DNA of 32,000 nucleotides from Promethearchaeum syntrophicum (GTDB lineage: Archaea; Asgardarchaeota; Lokiarchaeia; Sigyniarchaeales; Promethearchaeaceae): NCBI RefSeq assembly GCF_008000775.2, contig NZ_CP042905.2:1650001-1682000 (forward strand), written 5' to 3'. This document shows positions 1 through 9,339 of the stretch, piece after piece. Position numbers and translations under genes: made by a program. The notes under the pieces were generated by a model. The model searched no databases. It was given only the letters and a program-made list of their open reading frames with translations, and was not told the DNA's origin. The stretch's first letter is position 1; each line of letters starts with the position of its first letter.

Positions 1-238
1 TTATACCTACACAATCTCCTTCTACAATTCCAATTTTTGCCAAACCAGCGCGTAAATTATCAACTCGTTTTGCAAAATCCTTGTAGATTATCCATTGGAA
101 GACTCCGTTTTCATCTTTTTGTCCAATATAGGGCCGATCTGGGAATTTCTGAACTGTATCTTCTAAAACTTTTACCCAATTACTGGGATCATCATATCGC
201 ATGATTGCGATGTTTTTTCCATATTCTTCATATACCAT
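1..238 (-). CDS. AMP-dependent synthetase/ligase (acyl-CoA synthetase-like), N-terminal fragment running off the window
   Basis: The minus-strand ATG at 238..236 opens MVYEEYGKNIAIMRYDDPSNWVKVLEDTVQKFPDRPYIGQKDENGVFQWIIYKDFAKRVDNLRAGLAKIGIVEGDCVGI. The pattern (fPdRp..g.....W..itYkdf...v..l..gL...Gi..gD.VgI) is typical of N-termini of AMP-binding acyl-CoA ligases. It is not in the ORF track because it is truncated by the window edge. Confidence 0.55.
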   Translation of the reverse strand, partial: MVYEEYGKNIAIMRYDDPSNWVKVLEDTVQKFPDRPYIGQKDENGVFQWIIYKDFAKRVDNLRAGLAKIGIVEGDCVGI

Positions 239-380
239 TATAATACTCTCTTTTTAATGATAGTAAGATATTTTGTCCATAGAGCATAAAAAAGATGGTA
301 TTTTAAATATAAAAAAATAAAGTACCTTTATAAAGTCAAAATAATTAGTGAATGGGATTAGAAATAAGAATAAAAACGGA

Positions 381-1298
381 TTAATTCCAAAACTCTGCTG
401 AGAGATATCTTTCTCCGGTATCTGGGAATATAATTACAATTTTTTCTTGATCAGGATTTTTTTCGCAATATTTTAATGCAGCAGCCATTACTGCACCAGC
501 AGAGATTCCAACGAATATACCTTCATAGAATGCCAAATCTTTAGTCATTTTAAAAGCTTCGTCTTCATTTACAGTGATAATCGATTGAAAAATATTAGTA
601 TTAAGGACTTTCGGGATAAATCCAGCGCCTATACCTTGAATTTTATGTTTATTTGGTGTTCCTCCAGAAAGAATGTGTGAATTACTTGGTTCAACGCCAA
701 TTATCTTAATCTCTGGGTTTAATGCTAACAATTTTGTTCCTACTCCTGTTATTGTTCCTCCTGTTCCGATTCCCGCAATAAAAACATCAATGTTATGATC
801 CATATCTTCCCATATTTCCAAAGCTGTGGTTTTTGAATGAGCTTCTGGATTGGCGGGATTTTTAAATTGATTGGGAATATAAGAATTTGAACAATTCCGT
901 GCCAATATTTCTGCTTGTGCTATAGAACCTTTCATTCCATCTCTACTTGGAGTAAGAATTACTTCCACACCGTAGGCTTTTAGAATTTTTTGCCGTTCAA
1001 TACTCACAGAATCAGGCATTACGATTTTTAATTCATAACCTTTAACTGCACAGACCATTGCTAAGCCAATTCCAGTATTTCCTGATGTTGGTTCAATTAT
1101 GATGGTGTTTTTATCGATTAAACCTTTTTTTTCAGCAGATTCGATCATGTTTAAAGCAATTCTTGATTTAATGCTTCCTCCTGGATTTAGTGCCTCAATT
1201 TTTGCGTATATTTCTGAAGACACGTGTTGAGTCAATTTATTTATTCGAATTAGTGGTGTTTTTCCTATTGCCTTTAAAATATTGTCAAATTTTGCCAT
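381..1298 (-). CDS. cysK: Cysteine synthase / O-acetylserine sulfhydrylase (PLP fold type II)
   Basis: 305 aa. Motifs: KTPLIRINKL...EALNPGGSIKSRIALNMIE (PLP lysine context), PTSGNTGIGLA, GIGTGGTITG (phosphate-binding loop). It lies 18 nt downstream of cysE on the same strand. Confidence 0.9.
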   Translation of the reverse strand: MAKFDNILKAIGKTPLIRINKLTQHVSSEIYAKIEALNPGGSIKSRIALNMIESAEKKGLIDKNTIIIEPTSGNTGIGLAMVCAVKGYELKIVMPDSVSIERQKILKAYGVEVILTPSRDGMKGSIAQAEILARNCSNSYIPNQFKNPANPEAHSKTTALEIWEDMDHNIDVFIAGIGTGGTITGVGTKLLALNPEIKIIGVEPSNSHILSGGTPNKHKIQGIGAGFIPKVLNTNIFQSIITVNEDEAFKMTKDLAFYEGIFVGISAGAVMAAALKYCEKNPDQEKIVIIFPDTGERYLSAEFWN

Positions 1299-1316
1299 TT
1301 TTATTAATCTCCTTTC

Positions 1317-2144
1317 CTATTCATTTGTCAAATCTTTTTTTTCTTGATTATCTAAACGTTTTTCTAAATTGGAAATTTTCATTTCTAAATTTGTAATTAA
1401 TTTTAATACTGGGTCAGGAAGGATTCCATGTGAAAGAGCACTAATTTGTTCAATTACATCAGAGTCCCCTTTAATAATTCTACCAGGTACACCTACAACA
1501 ATGCTATTATCTGGGATATTTTTCGTTACTACACTGTTTGCTCCAATTTTAACATTATTTCCAATATTTATTGGTCCCAATATTTTCGCTCCTGCTCCTA
1601 CTTCAATATTATTACCGAGTGTAGGATGTCTTTTTTTCTTTTTTAAGCTAACTCCCCCGAGTGAAACCCCCTGATATAGAGTCACATTATTTCCAATTAC
1701 CGCTGTTTCTCCAATTACTACACCTGTTCCGTGGTCAATAAAAAAATTTTTACCTATGCTAGCTCCTGGGTGTATATCAATCCCTGTAATTTGCCTAGAG
1801 AGATTTGATATATATCGGGGAACAAAAGGTAACCCAATTTTCCAGAAAAAATGAGCAACGCGATGTAAAAGCACTGCTTGAATCCCCGGATAAGAAGTTA
1901 ACACTTCGATCATATTGTCTGCGGCTGGATCTTTACTAAACGCTTCAGTAACATCTGAAATAAAGAATTTTAGAATCTGTTCGATTTCGGTTATCACAGA
2001 ATCTGTATTTTTAATAGAAAGGTTGAAATCCAAGTGAAGTAAACAATCAGAGCAAATACTAATATCTCCGATTTTTTTCGCAAGAGGTTTTCCACATCTG
2101 CTACAGACGAAAGGAAAATTATCCGTTTTTTCAATTATTGCCAT
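1317..2144 (-). CDS. cysE: Serine O-acetyltransferase with extra N-terminal Cys4 zinc-ribbon-like segment
   Basis: SAT core motifs: DPA...[61 protein letters not shown]...KRHPTLGNN (hexapeptide repeats). The N-terminus carries CSRCG...CSDC. The C-terminus is coiled-coil-like ([18 protein letters not shown]). Confidence 0.85.
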   Translation of the reverse strand: MAIIEKTDNFPFVCSRCGKPLAKKIGDISICSDCLLHLDFNLSIKNTDSVITEIEQILKFFISDVTEAFSKDPAADNMIEVLTSYPGIQAVLLHRVAHFFWKIGLPFVPRYISNLSRQITGIDIHPGASIGKNFFIDHGTGVVIGETAVIGNNVTLYQGVSLGGVSLKKKKRHPTLGNNIEVGAGAKILGPINIGNNVKIGANSVVTKNIPDNSIVVGVPGRIIKGDSDVIEQISALSHGILPDPVLKLITNLEMKISNLEKRLDNQEKKDLTNE

Positions 2145-2321
2145 AAATTACTGAAATCAGATAAAAATATTAAAATAACTCTTCAGATTTATCAAATGAA
2201 ATAAAAAAATTCCTTTAATTGATAAGCTTATTTTACTAATGTTTTCTACGCTTAAGATCCAGATATTCCAACATGAAAATGATCACTAAAACTTAATAAA
2301 ACCTACTCTAATAAGTATGAT

Positions 2322-3080
2322 ATGAAGGGTAAAACAAGCGCAATTTTAGTTTTGGTTAGTGTCTTGGCTTTGGGAACGGCCGGATATTTCACTGGTGTTA
2401 TTGATATTAACCTTCCGGATAATTCAAGTGAACCCGGAATAGAATATCTAACAATTTACATAAATTCCTATAATTTTACTCAAATTCTTCTACAAGATTA
2501 TATGATTAATTATACGATTGATGGGTTTGGAACCTTTGATCTTTATCAAAACAAATCAATGATAGGTAGGTACCCTCAAGGAGTAGAAGAGCTGAAAATA
2601 TATGCTTGGTGTTCACTTAATTTTACACCTGCAAGCGAAATAAAAGACAATATTGCTCTCGACGAACCGATCGCCTCTCAACCCGGAGATGAAGAGGAAG
2701 AAGAAATACAAGCTCGCCCTAGACCTGACTGTTGGGAATATAATTTCTACGACAAAATAACTGCAGTTAATATTATTACAACAGTGATTATCTCATTTAG
2801 CGATGTTGAAGCAACAGGAGTTTTCCACGATTCTCCTCCAAATGATCCCATTTATTTAAATTATGCAGAAACAATTCTTCAAATTCAGTTAAGTAAAAAT
2901 AACGTTTTGATTCCTGCAAATGAACTGAGTTCGGAAGATCTGACAGTTTTTACGAGTGGATTATTTGAATTTACACCCGATAATAGGGGATATTCAAGCT
3001 CGATAACACAAAGCTTAACATCAATCTTAATGATTACAAATGCTGAGGGACAGGTTGTTCAGCTTTCAACATATTCTTAA
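2322..3080 (+). CDS. Hypothetical secreted or membrane-anchored protein
   Basis: 252 aa. N-terminal hydrophobic signal/anchor (SAILVLVSVLALGTAGYF), several N-x-S/T sequons (NSS, NFT, NYT, NKS, NFT) and an acidic patch DEEEEE. No recognisable catalytic motif. Confidence 0.5.
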   Translation: MKGKTSAILVLVSVLALGTAGYFTGVIDINLPDNSSEPGIEYLTIYINSYNFTQILLQDYMINYTIDGFGTFDLYQNKSMIGRYPQGVEELKIYAWCSLNFTPASEIKDNIALDEPIASQPGDEEEEEIQARPRPDCWEYNFYDKITAVNIITTVIISFSDVEATGVFHDSPPNDPIYLNYAETILQIQLSKNNVLIPANELSSEDLTVFTSGLFEFTPDNRGYSSSITQSLTSILMITNAEGQVVQLSTYS

Positions 3081-3098
3081 TAATTATTAAATAACAAA

Positions 3099-4175
3099 TT
3101 AAAAATGTTTTCTGCTCAAAAGATCCGGATATTTCAAAGCACCCCGTGAGTCAATAGCCTGGGCATAAGGTTCAAATTCACTTGGAATTACACAACAAGC
3201 GCTATAATATTCAATTTTAAAATTTTCTTGCTTTGCCCATTTGATCGTTTTCGCTGTCGGCATGACAATATGATTTGCCCCAGAAAGGATGGACCAGCGT
3301 TCTAAATCAAAGCTGAATTTTCCTTTAGGTCTCATACAACCCAAAGATAAAAGAGTTGAAGGAAGGAATACTTTTGAGATTAAAAAGAATTTTGCCATGC
3401 TTTCTGGAGTTAATAATTCGAAATTTTGATCCATTTCTCCATTTGTTCGTGGCGGAATCATCCCTATAAAAACTAATAATTCAGGGGGATTTTCAGATAA
3501 GACTTTGATTGCATCTAATTCCCTCGCTATTTTTCCAAATCGCGCTCCTATTAAAACATGTGGAATTACCCTTAACCCCGCTTCAAGAAGTGCATCATAA
3601 CTTTCAATATAATCTTCGATTTTAAAATCTAAGTTAAAAACATCTTGAATGACTTTAGAATCCAAATTAAGATCAAAAGATACAGTATCGATTCCGCTTT
3701 CTTTCAGAGATCTTGCCTCAGAATAAGATATAAGGCCTACATGAGAGTTTAGAAAGAATTTTTTATTCTTTCTTTTAAAATCTAAGATAATGTCTTTATA
3801 TTTCTCAATAGGCACTTTACCATAAGATGTACACCCTCCCGAAATAAGTGCTCCTACGCTATTATGGTCTATACAGTAATTTAATGCATTTTTAAATTTT
3901 TCTTCAGTTTCTGCTTGAAGCATATTTGAAAGATATTTTCTGTCACAATGTTTGCAGTTTAAATCACAGCTATTTCCAGTCACTGAAATGGAAGGGAATG
4001 ATTTTCCGGGAGTATAAAATTTCAGGGCTTTTGCTTCCTGGAGAGTTTCGAACCGGTAAGATCCGATTTCATTAAAGAATGAATCCCAATCATCGTTCTC
4101 AAATGATAATAGATATCTTGCATCTGCCCAATTGAATTTTTTAGTTTTAAATTTCTCTAAAAATTTTTTCAACAT
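3099..4175 (-). CDS. Radical SAM protein, candidate archaeal split lipoyl synthase subunit (LipS1/LipS2-type)
   Basis: 358 aa. Canonical CxxxCxxC radical-SAM cluster motif C70-DLN-C74-KH-C77, plus further Cys (GGCTSYG, LGCMRPKG, SACCVIP). It is the last gene of a same-strand trio with an LplA-family gene and a second radical-SAM gene. Confidence 0.7.
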   Translation of the reverse strand: MLKKFLEKFKTKKFNWADARYLLSFENDDWDSFFNEIGSYRFETLQEAKALKFYTPGKSFPSISVTGNSCDLNCKHCDRKYLSNMLQAETEEKFKNALNYCIDHNSVGALISGGCTSYGKVPIEKYKDIILDFKRKNKKFFLNSHVGLISYSEARSLKESGIDTVSFDLNLDSKVIQDVFNLDFKIEDYIESYDALLEAGLRVIPHVLIGARFGKIARELDAIKVLSENPPELLVFIGMIPPRTNGEMDQNFELLTPESMAKFFLISKVFLPSTLLSLGCMRPKGKFSFDLERWSILSGANHIVMPTAKTIKWAKQENFKIEYYSACCVIPSEFEPYAQAIDSRGALKYPDLLSRKHF

Positions 4176-4200
4176 GTTTTTTCTAACCTACAATAATTTT

Positions 4201-5019
4201 TTAAACGTATTTTTTTAACCATTTTTCATTTTCATATTTATTCTTGCTTAAAGAATCGATTTCAGCTTCTTCTTCTGGCGAAAACGGAACTTTTTCTAAT
4301 GCAATGTTGAAAACCTCCTCGAATCCAGTTTTCATGACTGAAACAATATCTCCATAATTAAATTCCAAATCTTTAGATTGCTGCATAATTCCAGTAACCT
4401 TTGATCGAACAGAATTTACCATATAAGTATAGGATTTCCCTTCTGGGGCTCGTAAAATTTCATACATTCTTTCAGGAAACACTTTTAAAAGTATTGTTCC
4501 GTGTTGAAGAAGGACATTTTTTCTGATAATTTGAGCATTACCTGATATTTTTTTCCCATCAGTAAATAAAGCAGGACAATGAATTTTTCCAATATTTATT
4601 GCCATTCCTAATTTTTCAATTCCACATGCTAATGCTTCCAAAATAACTTTATAACGTTTTGATATAGAATCATCAAAAATATGCTGAGGTTTTTCAATTT
4701 TCGGAAGATCTTCTAAACGGCATATGACAGCATATGTAATTTCTCCTAAGGATTCATGCAAAACGGCTCCCCCCCCAGAGATTCGGCGAACGATATCGAT
4801 ATTTTGGGATTTTGCTGCATTTTCATCAATTTCAGCAGAATACGATTGATGCATTCCAATAGAAGCGGTAGTAGGAATCCATTGATAAAATCTAATTGTA
4901 TTTAATGATTTTCCTGCAATCACAGAGTTTAATAAAGTTTCGTCTATAGCCATGTTTTTGGGGCCAGAAAATTTACCAAATGGGATGTATCTCCATTGCT
5001 TTTTAGAATTTATTGACAT
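4201..5019 (-). CDS. Lipoate-protein ligase / octanoyltransferase family protein (BPL_LplA_LipB domain; short LipM/Lpl-N-like form)
   Basis: 272 aa. RRISGGGAVLHESLGEITYAVI matches the LplA RRxSGGGAVyHD motif. KKISGNAQ matches the catalytic-lysine motif K-x-SG-x-A. It lacks the C-terminal accessory domain of the long LplA. Confidence 0.8.
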   Translation of the reverse strand: MSINSKKQWRYIPFGKFSGPKNMAIDETLLNSVIAGKSLNTIRFYQWIPTTASIGMHQSYSAEIDENAAKSQNIDIVRRISGGGAVLHESLGEITYAVICRLEDLPKIEKPQHIFDDSISKRYKVILEALACGIEKLGMAINIGKIHCPALFTDGKKISGNAQIIRKNVLLQHGTILLKVFPERMYEILRAPEGKSYTYMVNSVRSKVTGIMQQSKDLEFNYGDIVSVMKTGFEEVFNIALEKVPFSPEEEAEIDSLSKNKYENEKWLKKYV

Positions 5020-5033
5020 ATCTCAGCTAGCTC

Positions 5034-6056
5034 CTATATAGATACCAAAGATCTCAGTTCATTATAGACCATTTCTTTTTCTTCAAAAGTTAAGGATCTT
5101 GGAAATCCTGAGGGTTCGTCCCCTGGACGGTATGTATAATTCGGTCTATTACAATCTGGACAACCTGCAGTTAAAAATGGGAGTTCTTCATTTATTAATG
5201 CCCTTAACTCCTTATTCGAAAAATTATTTAGTTCAACAAGATCACCATCTTTGAAAATAAATCGCGACAGGTTTTGGAGATTCATTAAAAGGAGAAATCG
5301 AGCTAGCTGGATTCTTCTAAAACTTTCTATTGGTGGACGTTTTTCTAATGCCATTGGAGTTCCTTTAATCGGAGTAAATAAGAAGATTCCTGGTAAAATG
5401 TTCCTTTCGATAGTATAATGGATCGATTTGATCATCTCCTCTTCGGTTTCTCCCAATCCAACAATAAAATGAGTGGTTACCTTTCCGTTCCCAAAAATCG
5501 TTAAAGCTTCCTTCATTGATTTCCAATGTTTTTTCCATGAGTAAGGTCCATGATTATCGGGTCCTTTAATTTTAGCAAATAAAGTTGGTTTGCACGCATC
5601 TAAGGCAATTCCAATTCTCTCTAATCCAGCATTATGTAATTTTTCCATCTTTTTTGAAGATATCGGTGGTATTGCGGTAGAAATATTTAGATCAGGATAA
5701 ATTGTGTGAATTTTTTCGATTATATATAGAACATCATCAAAAAATCCTCTGTAATTAAGGACTTGAATGCAAATTCTTTTAAATCGAAGTTCAGTGTTTA
5801 GTTTTTGATTTTCCTTTAGATTATTAAGGAAAATTTCCCAATCAAAAACTGGCCATTGCACTCGAGAAAGATTATCTGCATATTTTTTATTTGTCCCATT
5901 CGCCTGAGGACAAAAACTACATTTTCCAATGCATTGAGAAGTTGTATAGGTCATTAAATAGCATGTCGAGGGATATGTATCAACTTTTATCTCTCTTAGA
6001 CCCAAAACAACTGCACTCCCAATAGAAATCCGAATTTTCTGAATTTTGTTCACCAT
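5034..6056 (-). CDS. Radical SAM protein, candidate archaeal split lipoyl synthase subunit (LipS1/LipS2-type)
   Basis: 340 aa. CxxxCxxC motif C42-IGK-C46-SF-C49, preceded by another Cys (STCYLM) and followed by a C-terminal CPDC pair. It lies 14 nt upstream of the LplA-family gene. Confidence 0.7.
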   Translation of the reverse strand: MVNKIQKIRISIGSAVVLGLREIKVDTYPSTCYLMTYTTSQCIGKCSFCPQANGTNKKYADNLSRVQWPVFDWEIFLNNLKENQKLNTELRFKRICIQVLNYRGFFDDVLYIIEKIHTIYPDLNISTAIPPISSKKMEKLHNAGLERIGIALDACKPTLFAKIKGPDNHGPYSWKKHWKSMKEALTIFGNGKVTTHFIVGLGETEEEMIKSIHYTIERNILPGIFLFTPIKGTPMALEKRPPIESFRRIQLARFLLLMNLQNLSRFIFKDGDLVELNNFSNKELRALINEELPFLTAGCPDCNRPNYTYRPGDEPSGFPRSLTFEEKEMVYNELRSLVSI

Positions 6057-6175
6057 TACCTAAGATGGAATAAAGAAAATAATTTTTAGGTTAATAAGAA
6101 ATAAAATGAATAAAAGAATATCAAACAACTCGTTTTCAAAATTAATTTTTTTAATAAAATTAAAGGTGAAATTTG

Positions 6176-6625
6176 ATGGCAAATCAACTTAATATAACAC
6201 TTTCAAATGGTGTCGAATTGGAACTCGATCCAGAAGATCTCAATAAAAACTTCTCAATGTTTATCGATAAGTTCTTAATCCCGTATTTTAAAGAATCCAA
6301 TGATTGGAATAAGACAATAATTTCCTCAATAAGTGAAATTGAGCGGATTTCTTCTAAATTTGATGTATCGAAAGGTGAGATTATCTCTAAATTTCTTAAG
6401 AATATAGAATCCAGATTACCTACAGATATCGCAGAGCTGACTGGATTAGATAAAATAGAGATTCTTTTCGAAAATATTGACGATTATGTTGAAAGTATGG
6501 TTAACATTGTATCTTCGGGAGATTCTCAAGAAGATATTAGGTTAAAAATCGCTAAACTTGTTGAAAATCTTAACTTATTTGAACTCTCTGAACTATTTAT
6601 TCATTTTGCAAAAAATAAGAAATAA
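6176..6625 (+). CDS. Hypothetical acidic protein
   Basis: About 149 aa from the ATG at 6176 (the track start at 6173 is TTG). Helical, acidic composition with no recognisable motif. Confidence 0.45.
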   Translation: MANQLNITLSNGVELELDPEDLNKNFSMFIDKFLIPYFKESNDWNKTIISSISEIERISSKFDVSKGEIISKFLKNIESRLPTDIAELTGLDKIEILFENIDDYVESMVNIVSSGDSQEDIRLKIAKLVENLNLFELSELFIHFAKNKK

Positions 6626-6662
6626 AATAAATTACTAAACTACTGGTTAAGATTGAAAAAAC

Positions 6663-7865
6663 TCATTTACTTTTTTTTTTCTTCTCTTCCATATCAAATT
6701 CCAAATCTTCGAGTGCGTCCAGCATCGCATCTTCTTCAATATTCAAATCGACATCATCATATTCAGAAGACATTGCATCAAAATTAGGAGTTCCATCTGA
6801 GTTTAATTTTATATTGGTTGTAAAAGGATCATAATCGGTTGCAGCTGTCAACGGTGCGGTAGATGTTATTGGTGTTGATGATGGTGTTTGAGCAGGAGTA
6901 CTCGGCGATGAACCAGTTAAAGTTCCAATTTCGAAATTAACATAATCTTCAAGAGGGACTGGTGGCACCTCATTCTCAAAAATAGGAATTCCATAAGGTA
7001 AATTGGGATCTTTTGCTTGTGCTTGTTCTGCTTTAGAGGAAACTACCGTAGTTCTGGTTGTTTCTGAAATCTCATCCAGTGCTGATAGTATGTCATCAGG
7101 TAAACCTTCTTCACTTTGCTGGTGTTGATTATCAACCAAGGCTACCAAGTCTTCAGCTTCTGTTATAGGTTCCAGACCAGTAGATGTTTGCTGCGCGGAA
7201 GAAATTTGATCCTGACTTATAGGTTGAGGTGCCAGATCATCTATGCCGAACATTAAATCTCTGTCAATTGAGACAATATTTTGATTATCTGGTTTATTTT
7301 CTTCTTCTTCTCCGCCCCAATCCTTTAGAAAGCTTAAAACCCCTTCCATGGCTTGGATGTCATCTGTTTTATCTTTATCCATTTTAAAATCTTTAGCCAT
7401 CGGAGCTTTCGCTTCTATCATTTTTCTCTCTTCCCTACCTTTTTCCGCTTCGATTTCTTTTTGAAGAGCGGCAGTTACTTTATTACCCGCTAAAATATAA
7501 GCGAATTTATGAGCTTCGTTTCTTAAATATTCCATATAATAACCGATACGGAGTGGATTCGATATTCCCCCAAAAATCATATATTCCTCGTTTATGAACT
7601 GTAGTATAACAAACCCCGAATCTGCTTTTACTAATATTTCTCTGAGATCTCCATGATCCACTGAAGTGCTAAGACGTTCTGCCAAATCAATTAGGGCACT
7701 GGAACTCGCAGTTTCGGCGTCTGCGTTCATACTGTCACTTGTGCTAGTTGCGATGGCCATTCCTATTCTGGATATAATTGCAACTCTTTTTAAATCAGTT
7801 CCTCGTTCAACCCTTTGGATTTCCACCATGAGTGCATGTGCGGTTTCTTCAGCGATCATTGCCAA
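6663..7865 (-). CDS. Roadblock/LC7 (MglB-like) domain protein with long acidic, S/T/P-rich low-complexity C-terminal tail
   Basis: The N-terminal ~115 aa (VEIQRVERGTDLKRVAIISRIGMAIATS...LREILVKADSGFVILQFINEEYMIFGG) fit the roadblock/LC7 pattern. The remaining ~285 aa are low complexity and end DLNIEEDAMLDALEDLEFDMEEKKKKSK. Confidence 0.7.
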   Translation of the reverse strand: MAMIAEETAHALMVEIQRVERGTDLKRVAIISRIGMAIATSTSDSMNADAETASSSALIDLAERLSTSVDHGDLREILVKADSGFVILQFINEEYMIFGGISNPLRIGYYMEYLRNEAHKFAYILAGNKVTAALQKEIEAEKGREERKMIEAKAPMAKDFKMDKDKTDDIQAMEGVLSFLKDWGGEEEENKPDNQNIVSIDRDLMFGIDDLAPQPISQDQISSAQQTSTGLEPITEAEDLVALVDNQHQQSEEGLPDDILSALDEISETTRTTVVSSKAEQAQAKDPNLPYGIPIFENEVPPVPLEDYVNFEIGTLTGSSPSTPAQTPSSTPITSTAPLTAATDYDPFTTNIKLNSDGTPNFDAMSSEYDDVDLNIEEDAMLDALEDLEFDMEEKKKKSK

Positions 7866-7994
7866 TTTTTTTCAATCTCCAACTAACAAAATACTATTTG
7901 AAATAAGATCTATATAAAAATATAGCATCATTAGGTTAAAAAAATTGGGTGATAATCAAAGGAATTTTTACTTTCAATCACCTCTTTCTCGGTC

Positions 7995-8002
7995 TTTAAA
8001 TA
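7995..8002 (+). promoter_or_regulatory. Candidate archaeal TATA box for the orc1/cdc6-like gene (leaderless transcript geometry)
   Basis: TTTAAATA is centred about 25 nt upstream of the ATG at 8023. This is weak evidence because TATA-like strings are common in this AT-rich sequence. Confidence 0.25.
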
Positions 8003-8022
8003 TTCGAATATAAAATAATACC

Positions 8023-9339
8023 ATGAAAATCCCAAAAACATCACTTTGTTTAGAGAATAATAACATTAATTGTATTCCGAAATCCGACAAAATTCAGTAT
8101 GTTGGAGCTCGGGCTCTTTTTGATCCAAACTTTATACCTCCTATTATTATAGAAAGAAAGAAAAAAGGTGAAATTCTTCATGGCATAATTACCGATGCGA
8201 TTGAAGATCACTACTCTACGAACATTAATTTGTATGGTTTGGAGGGGATTGGAAAGAATTTATTGGTGAACAATTTCCTCCAAGATATTTCATTGAATCA
8301 AGGTGATACCTCAAAGAAAGGAAAATCGAGCAGTAAGAAACTAAATCAAAATGTCTTCATTCTGCGAGTAGATTGTTCTGATAAAGAAATTGAACAGGTA
8401 TTTTTTACAATCTTAAGTCAATTAAGTTCAATTATTAAATTACAGCTTGATTTTAATGAAATCTTGAAATTATCACAAGTGAAATTATGGACATCCCTCA
8501 AATTAATTTTAGATCGCTTGAAACACCCCGTAATTCTCTTTTTACAAAAATCTGAAAACGTTTCTCCTTTCTATTTGACAAAATTATACAAGTATGCAAA
8601 AAATTCTAACAAAATACAGATAATTACAACGATTAATACTGGATTACAAAAATATTCCTTCAAACAATATCAAGGAATGGATCATCGCATCCAAATGGGG
8701 TTATATGATTTAAAAAATTTGCGACAAATAACAGCAGATCGGAGTATTATGGCTTTTGAAAAAGCTCTTGAACAAGATTCAATAAATTTAATTGTTGATT
8801 ATATCAGTGAGTATGATATGATGGTTCCAGGTGCATGTATGAATCTTTTGAAAGAATTTTATCCCGTAATTCATCAAAGCGGTAACTTAACTCCCGAAAT
8901 CTTAAGGCGAACAACGCAATATTATTTTGATAGCTATAACTTGGATGCAATCACTTTTGCAGATTTTGTAATGAGTTCATCTATTGAAGATCGCTTGTTT
9001 TTAGAGTATTTAGTCGATTTTTTCAGAAGTAAAAATAATTTCTACATCCCCTTCAAAAATATAAAACAGGCTTATTCGATGACATGTGAAGAGTTAGGAT
9101 ATGATATATTGGAGCAAGAATTTTTTAGTAGTTTAAGAAAAATTACAAACTCGCAAGTATTTTGTCCAAGTAAAATCTTCCAACGTGTTGGAATCAAAGA
9201 AAATAACGGAGTATATTGCGTCCCTCATTTCCTTACTCTCCCAGTTAATGAGGTAAATGAATTATTAAATGTTTCTTTTGGGATGGAAGATAATCTCAAC
9301 AATTTCAATAATATTACAAGAGGAAAGGAAACCTTCTAG
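8023..9339 (+). CDS. Orc1/Cdc6-family AAA+ protein, divergent paralog with degenerate Walker A and B
   Basis: 438 aa. N-terminal ARALFDPNFIPPIIIERKKKGEIL resembles the Orc1/Cdc6 'lf.d.y.P..l.gRe.e' lead-in. Walker A is GLEGIGKN (T/S replaced by N). The expected Walker B position reads ILFLQKSE instead of hhhhDExD. A sensor-1-like IQIITTINT and a C-terminal helical/winged-helix-sized region are present. Confidence 0.6.
   Translation: MKIPKTSLCLENNNINCIPKSDKIQYVGARALFDPNFIPPIIIERKKKGEILHGIITDAIEDHYSTNINLYGLEGIGKNLLVNNFLQDISLNQGDTSKKGKSSSKKLNQNVFILRVDCSDKEIEQVFFTILSQLSSIIKLQLDFNEILKLSQVKLWTSLKLILDRLKHPVILFLQKSENVSPFYLTKLYKYAKNSNKIQIITTINTGLQKYSFKQYQGMDHRIQMGLYDLKNLRQITADRSIMAFEKALEQDSINLIVDYISEYDMMVPGACMNLLKEFYPVIHQSGNLTPEILRRTTQYYFDSYNLDAITFADFVMSSSIEDRLFLEYLVDFFRSKNNFYIPFKNIKQAYSMTCEELGYDILEQEFFSSLRKITNSQVFCPSKIFQRVGIKENNGVYCVPHFLTLPVNEVNELLNVSFGMEDNLNNFNNITRGKETF

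Noticed and set aside
7866-8022. AT-rich intergenic region upstream of the Orc1/Cdc6-like gene, as a possible replication origin.
   Set aside because: I could not find repeated ORB/mini-ORB-like inverted elements, only a weak GGTGAT.../...ATCACC partial match. The region is only 157 nt, and the adjacent Orc paralog looks ATPase-defective. This needs GC-skew and whole-genome context.
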